A stretch of 64,000 nt of DNA, taken from an uncultured Candidatus Actinomarina sp. (GTDB lineage: Bacteria > Actinomycetota > Acidimicrobiia > Actinomarinales > Actinomarinaceae). The stretch is from positions 6,952 through 70,951 of the forward strand of contig CACAQC010000003.1 of the NCBI GenBank assembly GCA_902534495.1. The letters run 5' to 3'. A program made the position numbers and the translations under genes. Within the stretch, counting starts at the first letter, position 1. The number at the start of each line of letters is the position of its first letter. Positions 1 through 10,484 of the stretch are shown in pieces. The notes below the pieces were generated by a model. The model saw only the letters and a program-made list of their open reading frames with translations, ran no database searches and was not told the DNA's origin.

Positions 1-257
1 GATTCAATTCCTTTATTGGGACTTTCCCAATTATCAATCTTTATAGTACAAACTACAAATTCTCCTTTAAGAACTTTTACGAGTTTTGCCTCTATTTTGT
101 GCCCATGCCAAGCCCTGACTGTTCCTTTTTTTGGATTGTTCACTATATAAAACCTTTTGAACTCATCTAATTTTATATCATTGTAAAACTCGAGAGAACC
201 TCTGTGATCTTCAGCAAAACCTTTTTCAAAATATGTAGGTTCGGAAATATTGTTCAT
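1..257 (-). CDS. Cupin-fold sugar-nucleotide isomerase/epimerase (WxcM/FdtA-like), partial; C-terminus lies beyond the window edge
   Basis: My own minus-strand translation gives MNNISEPTYFEKGFAEDHRGSLEFYNDIKLDEFKRFYIVNNPKKGTVRAWHGHKIEAKLVKVLKGEFVVCTIKIDNWESPNKGIE... The RxWHGHK and GxF beta-strand pattern resembles WxcM/FdtA cupins. The ATG (255-257) overlaps the TAA of the upstream SDR gene (TAATG). Confidence 0.55.
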   Translation of the reverse strand, partial: MNNISEPTYFEKGFAEDHRGSLEFYNDIKLDEFKRFYIVNNPKKGTVRAWHGHKIEAKLVKVLKGEFVVCTIKIDNWESPNKGIE

Positions 258-1189
258 TAATTAATACCATATTTTTCTAAAAAATTTTGATTTGAATATC
301 TAATATGATTTACATTTTTTATTCTATTGGATGAAATAAGTTCATGTACTTGTTTTATTCCAGTTAATAAGTCAACTTCTGCCTTGAAGCCTGACTCTTT
401 CAATAATTTTTCGCTACTTACTTGATAATTTCTAGCATCTTGAAACTTCATTGGAGTTGTTTCAATTTTGGCAGATGGAATTTTACTAACAATTTCATTT
501 GCAATATCAATGATTTTATAATTTTCATAATGGAGATTGAATACTCCACCTATATTTGACTCAATAGTATGCGAAATTGCATTAGCAACATCTGTTACAT
601 GTAACAATGGTCTCCACTGATCTCCGCCAAATACTGTCAACTTACCTTCGGTGAGAGCCTTTGTTACAAGAATATTGACAACTAAATCTAATCTTATTCT
701 TGAAAACTCGTCACTAATTCCAAATAGAGTACCTAATCTGAAAATTATTGCATTTGAGTCTTGTAGATACTCCTCTGCCTGTACTTTAGATGAAGCATAT
801 TCAGAAAGAGGATTGATTGTAGATGTTTCGTCAAGTAAACCTTCTTGTGCTCCATATACAGAACAAGTTGATAAAAACACAATTCGTTTTTTAAAATTTT
901 GAGCTAGAAACCTTACGGATTCTGCATTAATCTCAAATGTAAGTTCTGGATTTATTGCACATGCACCATCTCCAACTAATGCTGCTAGCCAGATAACTGC
1001 ATCATTTTTGTTCAGCAATTTTTTGAGCTTTTCATGATCTCTTACATCTCCATAAACAAAATCTACATCTTTTCTAAAAGATTCTTCGTAAATTAAAGAG
1101 TCATATACTGTTACGTGGTGATTATCTTTTAGATTGTCAACTATGCCTCCACCAACATATCCTGCACCACCTACAACCAAAATATTCAC
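257..1189 (-). CDS. NAD-dependent epimerase/dehydratase (extended SDR)
   Basis: N-terminal Rossmann motif VVGGAGYVGG and a catalytic YASSK (YxxxK). Length 310 aa; lies in the glycan locus. Confidence 0.8.
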   Translation of the reverse strand: MNILVVGGAGYVGGGIVDNLKDNHHVTVYDSLIYEESFRKDVDFVYGDVRDHEKLKKLLNKNDAVIWLAALVGDGACAINPELTFEINAESVRFLAQNFKKRIVFLSTCSVYGAQEGLLDETSTINPLSEYASSKVQAEEYLQDSNAIIFRLGTLFGISDEFSRIRLDLVVNILVTKALTEGKLTVFGGDQWRPLLHVTDVANAISHTIESNIGGVFNLHYENYKIIDIANEIVSKIPSAKIETTPMKFQDARNYQVSSEKLLKESGFKAEVDLLTGIKQVHELISSNRIKNVNHIRYSNQNFLEKYGIN

Positions 1190-1209
1190 AATTTAATACT
1201 ATCCTTTAG

Positions 1210-2292
1210 TCAATTATTTAGGAGGTTTATATAATATTTTTCATGCTTTTCTGCTGAGAGAGTTATGGGAAATTCTTTTGTAATTTTATTTTTTTGTTTA
1301 ATTTGAATTTGTTTAATTAAATCATCATCATTCAAAATTTTATAAACAAAATTTGCAATATCTCCTGTATTATCTCTGTTCACTAAAGTTTTATAACTGT
1401 TTTCAACAAACTCACTGAGTGGTTCAATATTTGAACAAACAACTGGAATATTATTCTCTATAGCTTCTAATACAACAAGTCCAAATCCTTCAGATTCTGT
1501 TAAAAATAGGAACAAATCTATTTTTTCAAAAAATATTTCAATATTTTCATAATGATCTTCAAATATTATGTAGTCATTTAAATTATTTACATCAACTAAG
1601 TTTTCCAACTTTTGTTTATAATTTTCATCATCGGAACCAGCTAGGAATAATTTAAAATCTAAATCTAAATCCCTAAGTTTTGCTGCGGTTTCAATTACTT
1701 TATCCCACCCTTTCCATGGTAAAAAGCGAGCAGCGGTACCAATAACATTTTTGAATTCCGTTTTATTGTTTCGTTCCTTAATTTGTACACCATAGTGAAT
1801 AGTTGTTATTTTATTTTTATAAATCTTTCTTTCACTTAAGAGCCAATTATGAATTTTATTAGATATTGCGATAACTCCATCAGAGTTATTCAAAATAAAT
1901 CTCCAAAATAAATTGAAAATAAAATATTTTAATTTTGATTCTCCTGCCCTGTCACCATACTGTGCGTGAACAGTTATTATATGTTTAAATTTTTTGGAAA
2001 TAAACCTGAGTATACCAACGTAAAAATCTGCTCTAGGAAGGTGGCTATGAATAATTTCATATTCATTGCTTTCTATAATTTTTTTGAGTGCTCTAAGGTT
2101 TGTATTTCGATTTTTTGTATAGACTTTTATGCCTTGCAAATCACCAAATATTGAATTCCCTTCTTTGAAAAGATCAAAAGTAAAAATATCTACTTTGAAA
2201 TTTTCAAAACATGATAGCAAGTTTGATATTTGAACTTCAGCACCATCTTGTTTTAAAGTTGGAAGAACAAATAAAATTTTTGGTTTATTCAT
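1210..2292 (-). CDS. Glycosyltransferase family 4 (GT-B)
   Basis: C-terminal ESEGFGLVVLEAIENNIPVV motif (the E-x7-E region typical of GT4). Confidence 0.8.
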   Translation of the reverse strand: MNKPKILFVLPTLKQDGAEVQISNLLSCFENFKVDIFTFDLFKEGNSIFGDLQGIKVYTKNRNTNLRALKKIIESNEYEIIHSHLPRADFYVGILRFISKKFKHIITVHAQYGDRAGESKLKYFIFNLFWRFILNNSDGVIAISNKIHNWLLSERKIYKNKITTIHYGVQIKERNNKTEFKNVIGTAARFLPWKGWDKVIETAAKLRDLDLDFKLFLAGSDDENYKQKLENLVDVNNLNDYIIFEDHYENIEIFFEKIDLFLFLTESEGFGLVVLEAIENNIPVVCSNIEPLSEFVENSYKTLVNRDNTGDIANFVYKILNDDDLIKQIQIKQKNKITKEFPITLSAEKHEKYYINLLNN

Positions 2293-3451
2293 TTATATCA
2301 CTCAACAAAAAGTACATTAACCAGACAACGCTATGGTTATGCAGTAAATCACTTGCAAGTCCTAAGATTAAAAAAGCAGAAATGCTAATTACTGAAGAAT
2401 TTAATGTTAAATCCTTTAATCTTTTTTCAAAAATTGTTTTTATAAGTTTTAAAAGAATAGTTGAATATAAACCAAAACCAATAATCCCGTATTTTAGAAT
2501 AAAAAACAAATAAGAGTTATGTGGACCTGTCACTCTTAAGTCATCGTCAAAATCTTCAATATTTCCTACATTGTCATTGACTACACCCACGTTGTTATAT
2601 CCATTTCCAAATAAAAGATCGGAAACATTTAAATTAGATAGATATCCAGCTGTAGCCGTCTGCATTTCTATTCTGTCCTGGATACCTTCAGTTTCTTTTT
2701 CAGATGTAAATCTTTCAATAAAGCCGAAATTTAGTAAAAATAACAAAGCTAAAATCATACAAGTGAAGTTTTTCCTTTTGTCCTTGTTAAAAAAAACATA
2801 GACCAAAATTAAAAAAATTAAAACTAATAACGAAGATCTAGAATAGGTGAAAAAACACGCTACTAGAGAAAGAACAATAACAAACGGTTTATAGGGTTGC
2901 TTAATTCTTACAAGTGTAAATAATCCAAGTATACAAATTAAATCTCCAAAACTATTCGGGCCCCCTGCTTGAAAACCATTGACTCTCCCAGGAGTAAATC
3001 CCCATTGATTCAAATTGAGACCTATATTCCAATAATTATAAGAATCTGTACCTAGATTTAATTTGAAAAAGTAACTTATTATGGAAAAACTTGAAAGAAA
3101 AAAGAAGAGGTATACTGGTATATTTTTTAAGTAAACATTTTCCTGGATTATTTGAGATAAATGAGTGAAAATTAGAAAATAGAAAAAGTACCTAAAAATT
3201 TCAGTATTTACTTCACCTCTACTTAATGCTAAATTTTGAATCAAAAGATAGGAAGTAAATAAAGTTATTGGTAAAAATTTTCTTACTTTACTGAGAACAT
3301 TTTTTTTATTTTCAAAAATAAAAAATGATATAAAATATAAAACAATTGGAATATCATCCGTATGTAAAAATCTAAAACTTGTTTCAAAGTGTGGAATGAT
3401 TGGAATCAAAAAAATTAAATAAATATAATTAGATCGTATTTTATTTTTCAC
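2285..3451 (-). CDS. O-antigen ligase/polymerase family membrane protein (Wzy_C-like)
   Basis: Polytopic hydrophobic protein. Motifs: GRVNGFQAGGPN (about aa 155-166), YSRSS (203-207), GNGYNN (282-287), GPHNSYLFFILKYGIIG (309-325). Colinear paralog of 15693-18119. Confidence 0.7.
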   Translation of the reverse strand: MKNKIRSNYIYLIFLIPIIPHFETSFRFLHTDDIPIVLYFISFFIFENKKNVLSKVRKFLPITLFTSYLLIQNLALSRGEVNTEIFRYFFYFLIFTHLSQIIQENVYLKNIPVYLFFFLSSFSIISYFFKLNLGTDSYNYWNIGLNLNQWGFTPGRVNGFQAGGPNSFGDLICILGLFTLVRIKQPYKPFVIVLSLVACFFTYSRSSLLVLIFLILVYVFFNKDKRKNFTCMILALLFLLNFGFIERFTSEKETEGIQDRIEMQTATAGYLSNLNVSDLLFGNGYNNVGVVNDNVGNIEDFDDDLRVTGPHNSYLFFILKYGIIGFGLYSTILLKLIKTIFEKRLKDLTLNSSVISISAFLILGLASDLLHNHSVVWLMYFLLSDINE

Positions 3452-4161
3452 TTTTTATCTCTTTTAAATCTCGAAAAAATCAAATATTTTATTGCCTCAA
3501 AAACAATTGCTTTTGACATTTTAGAATCTCCTAAATTTCTTTCATGAAAAGTAATGGGAATTTCTTTTATTGATTTATTTTTTAAATAGGAAAGATAAGT
3601 CATTTCAATTTGAAATGAATAACCATTTGAAGTTGTAGAAAAGTAATTTATATCCTCTAAACACTCTTTTGAATATATTCTGAAACCACTAGTCATATCA
3701 TTGACTTTTGTACCAAGTAAAATCTTTGCAACTTTATTGGCAGTAATAGAGAGTAGTTTTCTACCATTACTCCATCCTTCAGTTTTACCCCCTTTTATAT
3801 ATCTACTTCCGATTACCAAATCAAATTCATCTTTAAACTTAATCAAATTTTGAAGGTCTACAATAGTGTGAGAAAAATCTCCATCCATTTCAATACAATG
3901 TTTGTAACCTTGTTCTAAAGCCCATTTAAATCCATCTCTATATGCTGATCCAAGACCAAGTTTTTTAGGTCTCTCAATTAAATTAATGCTTTTGTGATTA
4001 TCAGAAAAATTTTGAACTATTCTTGCTGTTCCGTCTGGAGAGTTGTCATCAACTATTAAGATATCAATGCTCAAATTTACTAATAAATCTAGTAGGATAC
4101 TTATATTTTTTGATTCATTATAAGTTGGAATAATTACAACAACGTTGTTTTCTATATCCAT
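3448..4161 (-). CDS. GT2 polyprenol-phosphate sugar synthase (Ppm1/DPM1-like)
   Basis: IIPTYNESKNI, IVDDNSPDGT and MDGDFSH motifs are characteristic of dolichol/polyprenol-phosphate mannose synthase-type GT2 enzymes. Confidence 0.8.
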   Translation of the reverse strand: MDIENNVVVIIPTYNESKNISILLDLLVNLSIDILIVDDNSPDGTARIVQNFSDNHKSINLIERPKKLGLGSAYRDGFKWALEQGYKHCIEMDGDFSHTIVDLQNLIKFKDEFDLVIGSRYIKGGKTEGWSNGRKLLSITANKVAKILLGTKVNDMTSGFRIYSKECLEDINYFSTTSNGYSFQIEMTYLSYLKNKSIKEIPITFHERNLGDSKMSKAIVFEAIKYLIFSRFKRDKK

Positions 4162-4245
4162 TATTTTCAGTTTAATTTATATAAATAAGAAGTTAACAAT
4201 TATTTTATTAGATAAAAGTATTTTTACTTTATTATCATTATTTAA

Positions 4246-5235
4246 GTGAAAAATATATTAATTACAGGCGCTGCAGGTTTTATTGGTTACAATTTAACAA
4301 AAAATTTAATTAAAAATAAAGAAATAAAAGTTTTTGGGATAGATTCTTTAAACAGCGCATATGACAATAACTTAAAAAAGCTGCGATTAAAAAATTTAGA
4401 AAATAATGAAAATTTTACATTCAGCAAAATTGATTTATCAAACCAAGGTAGTTTTGATGACATACAAGGATCAAATTTTGATTGTGTTATCCACCTAGCA
4501 GCAAGAGCTGGTGTAAGACAAAGCTTTAGAGAACCTAAGAAATATATTTTAGACAATACTGTATCAACAACAAATCTTTCAGGATTTGTTAAAAAAGAAG
4601 AAATTCAAAAATTTTTAATAGCATCTACCTCGTCTATTTACGGTGATAGTGGGGAAACTCCAATGAAAGAAGATATAGATGAAAAGTACCCGCCTCCGTC
4701 TGTATATGCAAGCTCAAAACTTTCTGGAGAATTAATGGCAAAAACAATACTGGATGACACAGAAACTTGTATACAAATACCAAGATTTTTTACAGTTTAT
4801 GGCCCCTATGGAAGACCAGACATGTCAATACTTAGATTTATTCATTGGATTTATACAGGAACAGAAATTTTACTTTATGGGGATGGAAATCAAAAAAGAT
4901 CATTTACATATATAGATGATGTAATTTCAGGACTCAATACTTTAATTTTATCAAAAGATAGTGGAGTTTTTAATATTGGTTCAGATAAAACTGTAAGTTT
5001 GAATCAAATCATTTCAATAATTGAAAAAGAATTAAATATAGAGAGTAAAATAGATTACCAGCCTAGAGCTTTTAAGGATGTTGATGTAGTTATTCCAGAT
5101 TTAAATCGTATGAAAAGTTTAAATTGGAACCCTTCTACAAGTATTGAAAAAGGCATATCAAAAACAATCCAGTGGTATTTAAAATATGCAGAAGAACTAA
5201 AAAATATAAGGTTTAAATTTGAATATGAAAAATAA
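4246..5235 (+). CDS. UDP-glucuronate 4-epimerase-like SDR
   Basis: GAAGFIG Rossmann motif, YASSK, and RFFTVYGPYGRPDM...RSFTYIDD, which closely matches the UDP-GlcA 4-epimerase signature. Apparent GTG start. Confidence 0.7.
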   Translation: MKNILITGAAGFIGYNLTKNLIKNKEIKVFGIDSLNSAYDNNLKKLRLKNLENNENFTFSKIDLSNQGSFDDIQGSNFDCVIHLAARAGVRQSFREPKKYILDNTVSTTNLSGFVKKEEIQKFLIASTSSIYGDSGETPMKEDIDEKYPPPSVYASSKLSGELMAKTILDDTETCIQIPRFFTVYGPYGRPDMSILRFIHWIYTGTEILLYGDGNQKRSFTYIDDVISGLNTLILSKDSGVFNIGSDKTVSLNQIISIIEKELNIESKIDYQPRAFKDVDVVIPDLNRMKSLNWNPSTSIEKGISKTIQWYLKYAEELKNIRFKFEYEK

Positions 5236-6199
5236 TTTGGAAAAAGTAATTATAACTGGTGGTGCAGGTTTTATTGGATCGAATTTAGCGGAACATTTAT
5301 TTAAAAATGGCACAAAAGAAATATTAATTGTTGATGATTTTTCAACAGGATCTATGAAAAATATTGAGCATCTTAAAAATACAAATATTATCAATGGCAG
5401 AATTGAAGATATTGAAGATTTAGAAACTAGATTAATGGGCTATGACTTTTGTTTTCACCTTGCTGCGGGAGTAGGCGTCAAATACATAATGGATAATGTA
5501 AGCAAAGCATTGAATACGAATATTGAAGCGACTCACAAAATTTTTAGTGTGTGTTCCAAGTTGAATATTCCAATATTAATTACTTCGACATCGGAAGTGT
5601 ACGGTGTTTCAGAAGACGAAATATGGACTGAAGAAACAAAAAGTTTACTTGGACCACCAACAAAATTGAGATGGTCGTATGCTACTTCCAAATTAATTGA
5701 TGAATTCATGGCTTTAGCAGAATTTAACGATGGTAATTTAAATCCGATAATTGTAAGATTGTTCAATATTATTGGACCTAATCAGTCTTCAGAATTTGGT
5801 ATGGTGGTGCCAAAATTTGTTGAAGCTGCAATTGATAATAATGATATCACTATCCATGGTACTGGAGAACAAACAAGGTCTTTTACTTGGGTTGGTGATG
5901 TTGTGAATTATTTCAGAGAACTTGCATTACTAGAACCATATGGAGAGATATTTAATATTGGACAACCAGAAGAGATAAGTATAAAAAATCTTGCTGAATT
6001 AATCATAACAAAAACAAATTCCTCTTCAAAAGTTGAGTTTATTTCACATGAACAGGAATATGGAAAAGCCTTTGAAGATCCTATGCGGAGAACACCTAGT
6101 ATAGAAAAAATTGTTTCATTAACTGGTATAAAGCCAAGTAAAAAATTAGATGAGATGATTGAAGAAATAGTTAATTATAAACTCAACCTTAAAAAATAA
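5219..6199 (+). CDS. SDR of the ArnA-decarboxylase / UDP-apiose-xylose synthase-like clade (UDP-GlcA-utilising, specificity unknown)
   Basis: GGAGFIGSNL and LRWSYATSKLIDE (compare RWIYSVSK in ArnA and RWSYACAK in UAXS). The track start at 5219 is TTG; an ATG at 5225 is an alternative. Confidence 0.55.
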   Translation: MNMKNNLEKVIITGGAGFIGSNLAEHLFKNGTKEILIVDDFSTGSMKNIEHLKNTNIINGRIEDIEDLETRLMGYDFCFHLAAGVGVKYIMDNVSKALNTNIEATHKIFSVCSKLNIPILITSTSEVYGVSEDEIWTEETKSLLGPPTKLRWSYATSKLIDEFMALAEFNDGNLNPIIVRLFNIIGPNQSSEFGMVVPKFVEAAIDNNDITIHGTGEQTRSFTWVGDVVNYFRELALLEPYGEIFNIGQPEEISIKNLAELIITKTNSSSKVEFISHEQEYGKAFEDPMRRTPSIEKIVSLTGIKPSKKLDEMIEEIVNYKLNLKK

Positions 6200-6203
6200 A
6201 TTT

Positions 6204-7364
6204 ATGAAGATACTTATAGTAGTAGGGATTTTCCCACCTGATATTGGTGGACCTGCAACATTTGTGCCGTTAATTGCAAAAAAATTAGTAGAAAATAATT
6301 ATCAAACAGAAGTTATTTGTCTATCTGATTCATTAAACCATAGTGATAACAATTTTGATTTCAATGTTCATAGAATTAAAAGAAGGCAAAGTTTAATTAA
6401 AAGGTGGATTAAAACAGTTTTAAAAATAATTTCAGTTGGAAGAAGAGCTGATTTAATTTTTGTAAATGGTTTGCCAATGGAGAGTTACATAGCAAATCTA
6501 TTATTAAGAAAAAAAGTTGTAAGAAAAGTTGTTGGTGATTGGGCTTGGGAACGTGGTAGAAATTTAAACCTTACTGACGATGCTTTTGATGAGTTTCAAA
6601 ACAAAAAACACAGCTTGCATTTAGAAATAGCAAAATTCTCAAGAGGATGGACTACAAAAAAAGCTGATCTGGTGATTACGCCTTCAGAGCATCTCAAATC
6701 TGTTGTTAACAAATGGGGTGCGAAAAGTAAAAATATAAAGGTTATTTACAATGGAACAAATTTAATTTCAAAAGAAAATAAAGCAAACAACAAAAAATAT
6801 GTAAATTTAATTACAGTAGGAAGGCTTGCTCCATTTAAAAATATTGACAAAATAATACTTTCTTTAAATCAATTGAGATTAACAAATTCAAATCTGTACA
6901 AATTGATTATTGTTGGAGATGGACCAGAAAAAAATAATCTTAAGAAATTAGTTAGTGAGAACGATTTAACTGACTTTGTAACCTTTACAGGTCAACTTAA
7001 TAAAGATGAATTAAATAAACATTATCGAGAGTCCGATATATATATACAAGCTTCAGGATATGAAGGACTGCCTCATACACTTCTTGAAGCAATCAGTCAT
7101 AATCTGTCTATTGTTTCAACTCCTATTGGTGGAACTAACGAAATTTTAGAAGATAATACAAATGGTTGGACTATAGATTTAATCAAGGGAAAATATCCCG
7201 ATGAAAAAGATATCGCATCAAAAATAAAGTACTTAATAAAAAATAAAGAAGAAGATGAACTTAAAAAATATAAGGCAAACTTATTATTAGAAGAAAAATT
7301 TAACAAAGAGAAAAATTTTCAAGAATATATTAAGACTATAAAAAATTTTATAAATTATGAATAA
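6204..7364 (+). CDS. Glycosyltransferase family 4
   Basis: GT-B architecture with ASGYEGLPHTLLEAISHNLSIVSTPIGG in the C-terminal domain. Confidence 0.75.
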   Translation: MKILIVVGIFPPDIGGPATFVPLIAKKLVENNYQTEVICLSDSLNHSDNNFDFNVHRIKRRQSLIKRWIKTVLKIISVGRRADLIFVNGLPMESYIANLLLRKKVVRKVVGDWAWERGRNLNLTDDAFDEFQNKKHSLHLEIAKFSRGWTTKKADLVITPSEHLKSVVNKWGAKSKNIKVIYNGTNLISKENKANNKKYVNLITVGRLAPFKNIDKIILSLNQLRLTNSNLYKLIIVGDGPEKNNLKKLVSENDLTDFVTFTGQLNKDELNKHYRESDIYIQASGYEGLPHTLLEAISHNLSIVSTPIGGTNEILEDNTNGWTIDLIKGKYPDEKDIASKIKYLIKNKEEDELKKYKANLLLEEKFNKEKNFQEYIKTIKNFINYE

Positions 7365-8499
7365 AACAAACTTACTATTTTTAGGTACTACAAACTATGG
7401 ATTTGAACTATCTAAAAGTGATGAAAATAAATTTAGAGAATTAAATGAAAAATTTAATGTATATGTTTTTACATATGGGACTTTCGAAAATGAGATTGAT
7501 TTCAAATATGTAAAAATAAAATATTTAAAAAAACCCCGGACTTTAATTCTTGGATACTTAAAATTTTATTTTTTTAGTATTTTTAAATTAAATAAGTTTA
7601 TTAATGAAAACAATATAACTATAGTTTCGGCTAAAGAACCTATATCAGCTTTAAATCCCGTACTACTAAAAACTCTTTTTAAGAAAAAAATTAAAATAAT
7701 CATTGAGAACCACGGAAACTTTAAATCCCAATTATTAGAGCAACGTGAGAAAACATATATTGCTAGATTTATTTTCTTAACTGAATTTATTGTTAAATTT
7801 GTCTTTAAACATGTAGATATACTTCGCGGTGTAAACGACCAAAATTCAAATTATTTTAAAAAATACAATTCAAATTTAAAAATATACAATTTTCCTGCAT
7901 GGATAGATAGTTCTATATTTTCTTCGGAGCATTCAGAAATACGAACAGACTTATTATTTGTAGGCAATATCATCAAAAGAAAAGGCGTCTATTTTTTAAT
8001 TAACTCACTTTCAACTTTTTTACTCGAAAATGAGAATATTAAATTAAGAATTATAGGAAAAAAAGAAGATTCAAAATATTACGCAAAAATAAATGACATT
8101 GTTAAAAAAATGAAATTACAAAAAAGTGTGATTTTTTTGGGTGAAATAGAGCAGAAAAAAATTGCAAAGTATATGAATTCCTCAAAAATTCTTGTTATGG
8201 CAAGTAGCTCAGAAGGCTTACCAAGGGTTTTAATTGAGGCAGGATTTTGTGGCTTGCCTTCTATCGCATCGAACATTGACGGAATAAACGATCCTTTTTC
8301 ACTTAAAGGTGGGACATTAGTTTATGAATTGAATTCACAGAAAGAATTTATGGAAAATCTTAACTCTTTATACAACAATGAAGGTCTATGGAAGGAATTA
8401 AGCCTGCAATCATTAAAATTATCTGAAGAAATTGCAGGAAAAGGAAGTTTTGCTAAAAATTGGGAAAATTTGATAAATATGTTGGAGCACAATGAATAA
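7357..8499 (+). CDS. Glycosyltransferase family 4
   Basis: SSSEGLPRVLIEAGFCGLPSIASNIDG motif; 8-nt overlap with the upstream GT gene. Confidence 0.75.
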   Translation: MNKTNLLFLGTTNYGFELSKSDENKFRELNEKFNVYVFTYGTFENEIDFKYVKIKYLKKPRTLILGYLKFYFFSIFKLNKFINENNITIVSAKEPISALNPVLLKTLFKKKIKIIIENHGNFKSQLLEQREKTYIARFIFLTEFIVKFVFKHVDILRGVNDQNSNYFKKYNSNLKIYNFPAWIDSSIFSSEHSEIRTDLLFVGNIIKRKGVYFLINSLSTFLLENENIKLRIIGKKEDSKYYAKINDIVKKMKLQKSVIFLGEIEQKKIAKYMNSSKILVMASSSEGLPRVLIEAGFCGLPSIASNIDGINDPFSLKGGTLVYELNSQKEFMENLNSLYNNEGLWKELSLQSLKLSEEIAGKGSFAKNWENLINMLEHNE

Positions 8500-9550
8500 T
8501 AAATTGTTGATCTTAAATTTAGGTGTAGACAGTGAGAATACTTCATTGGCTTTTACACAAAAATGGATAAATGATATTTCAATAAATTATGACGCAGTTG
8601 ATGTCTTAACTATGAAAGTTGGGAGCACATATCAATTAAATAAAAATGTGAATTTATTTTTTATAAATGATCAAAACACAAATTATACAAAAATTTATCA
8701 GCTAAGAAAACTGAACAAACTCACTAGAAAACTAATTAAAAATAATAACTACACACACTGCTTTGCACATATGGCACCTATGCAACATTTAGTCGCAAAA
8801 TTTTACCTTATACAAAAAAACATTAAAACTACACTCTGGTTTACTCACTCAGGTCCTAAATTTGGAATAAAATGGTTAATTTTATGGTTTTCATCTTTGT
8901 TAGCAAACAACATAGTAACCGCCTCTAAGCACTCTTTTCCATTTAGATTTAAAAAAGTAAAATCTATTGGACATGGAATTAATTTTGATAATTTTTTTAT
9001 AGAGAGAAAAACATTTCAATTAAAAAATATATCAATCTTGAGTAGAGTTTCAAAGTCAAAAAATATTGAAAATACAATAGACAATATCATTAAATGTAAA
9101 AATTTTGAAAATATAAATATTGATGTAATAGGCGGAACACTTAATATTGACGATGAAAGTTATTTAAATGAATTGTTAATTAAATATAAGAATTTTAAAA
9201 ATATAAATTTTCTTGGAAAACAACCACATGCGAAACTGCCAGAACTACTCAAAAAATATGATGTAAATATAAACAATGCTCAAAAAGGTTTTTTTGATAA
9301 GGCAGTTTTAGAAACCTGTGCTGCAGGGATTATTAATTTCTATAGATCCGAAGATTTTGATTTTCTTTATAGTGAAAATCTACAAAATATTCTAAAATTT
9401 GATAAAAATAATTTGTTTGAAAAAATTGATGATCTGGATTCTTTTAATAAAGATGAAATTTTAAGAAATATTGAAACAGCGCAAAAACAAAGTAAAAATC
9501 ATTCAACAAATAATATTGTTAAAAATTTAATTGATATTTTTAATCGATAG
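8492..9550 (+). CDS. Glycosyltransferase-like protein (divergent GT-B)
   Basis: Its size and position follow two GT4 genes. It has only a weak GFFDKAVLETCAAGIINF region in place of the E-x7-E motif. Assignment is tentative. Confidence 0.45.
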   Translation: MNNKLLILNLGVDSENTSLAFTQKWINDISINYDAVDVLTMKVGSTYQLNKNVNLFFINDQNTNYTKIYQLRKLNKLTRKLIKNNNYTHCFAHMAPMQHLVAKFYLIQKNIKTTLWFTHSGPKFGIKWLILWFSSLLANNIVTASKHSFPFRFKKVKSIGHGINFDNFFIERKTFQLKNISILSRVSKSKNIENTIDNIIKCKNFENINIDVIGGTLNIDDESYLNELLIKYKNFKNINFLGKQPHAKLPELLKKYDVNINNAQKGFFDKAVLETCAAGIINFYRSEDFDFLYSENLQNILKFDKNNLFEKIDDLDSFNKDEILRNIETAQKQSKNHSTNNIVKNLIDIFNR

Positions 9551-10484
9551 AGTTTTCAACCCATTTAATTGTTTTTTTAAGACCCTCATCTAGCGTAACT
9601 TCTGGAAACCAATCTAATTCTTTATTTGCTTTAGTAATATCAGGCTTTCTTTGCATAGGGTCATCATCTGGTAGTTTTAAAAATTTGATTTCCGAATTTG
9701 AGTTTGTTAATTCTATTACCTTTTCGGCTAATTGTAGAATTGTAATTTCATTTGGGTTACCAATATTAAATACTTCAGACTTTGCAGATTCCATTGCTTT
9801 TAAAATTCCAGAAACTGTGTCATCAATATAACAAAAGCTTCTTGTTTGATTACCTTGACCATAGATTGTTATATCATTTCCAGTAATTGCTTGTGAGATA
9901 AAGTTTGTAACCACTCGCCCATCGTTTACTTTCATTTTCGGTCCATAAGTATTAAAAAGTCTCAGTATTCTTGTGTCTAAATCATAAATTCTGTTGTAAC
10001 TTGAAACTGCTGCCTCTGCAAATCTTTTTGCTTCATCATACATACTTCTTCTTCCATTTGGATTTACATTACCCCAATAACTTTCTGGTTGTGGAGACAC
10101 TAAGGGATCACCATAAATTTCAGATGTTGAAGTTAACAAGTATTTTGCATTTTTGGCTTTTGCTAATCCCAGTGTGTTGATTGTGCCAATACTCCCGGCT
10201 TTTAAAGTATTTATTGGATGTTCAGAATAAGCTTTAGGCGAAGCTGCACTGGCTAAATGTAATACGTAATCTAAATCTTCTGCCACTTCAATATGATTTT
10301 GAACATCAAAATCTATAAATGTAAAGTTTTCATTTTCAAAAAAATGCTTTATGTTCTTTTTTGAACCAGTTAGTAAATTATCGATGACAATTACCTTGTA
10401 TTGGTTTTCAATAAATTTTTCAATAAGATGTGAACCTATAAATCCAGCACCACCAGTTATCAAAATATTCAAGATACTTCCCAA
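9540..10484 (-). CDS. uxs: UDP-glucuronate decarboxylase (UDP-xylose synthase)
   Basis: GGAGFIGSH, YDEAKRFAE, and RLFNTYGPKMKVNDGRVVTNFISQA...GNQTRSFCYIDD match the UXS family nearly motif for motif. The start may be the TTG at 10472 (TTGA overlap with the ugd stop). Confidence 0.85.
   Translation of the reverse strand: MGSILNILITGGAGFIGSHLIEKFIENQYKVIVIDNLLTGSKKNIKHFFENENFTFIDFDVQNHIEVAEDLDYVLHLASAASPKAYSEHPINTLKAGSIGTINTLGLAKAKNAKYLLTSTSEIYGDPLVSPQPESYWGNVNPNGRRSMYDEAKRFAEAAVSSYNRIYDLDTRILRLFNTYGPKMKVNDGRVVTNFISQAITGNDITIYGQGNQTRSFCYIDDTVSGILKAMESAKSEVFNIGNPNEITILQLAEKVIELTNSNSEIKFLKLPDDDPMQRKPDITKANKELDWFPEVTLDEGLKKTIKWVENSID

Noticed and set aside
651-902. Numerous 60-109-aa ORFs in the supplied track lie antisense to, or out of frame within, strongly supported genes. 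Examples: 651-902, 2211-2513, 10497-10796, 25337-25651, 27267-27575, 45804-46094, 51441-51728, 60399-60728, 63533-63814.
   Set aside because: Each is fully embedded in a longer ORF with clear family motifs. Their translations are low-complexity (rich in S, L, F, I), as expected from reading AT-rich coding DNA in the wrong frame. None has its own SD or intergenic space.
2791-3308. Homopolymeric A8/T8 tracts inside glycan genes (for example near 2798 and 3300), considered as possible slipped-strand phase-variation switches.
   Set aside because: Equally long tracts occur in housekeeping genes (dnaG near 19140, rne near 45335 and 46345, tig near 58405 and 58915). They reflect base composition rather than a locus-specific switch.
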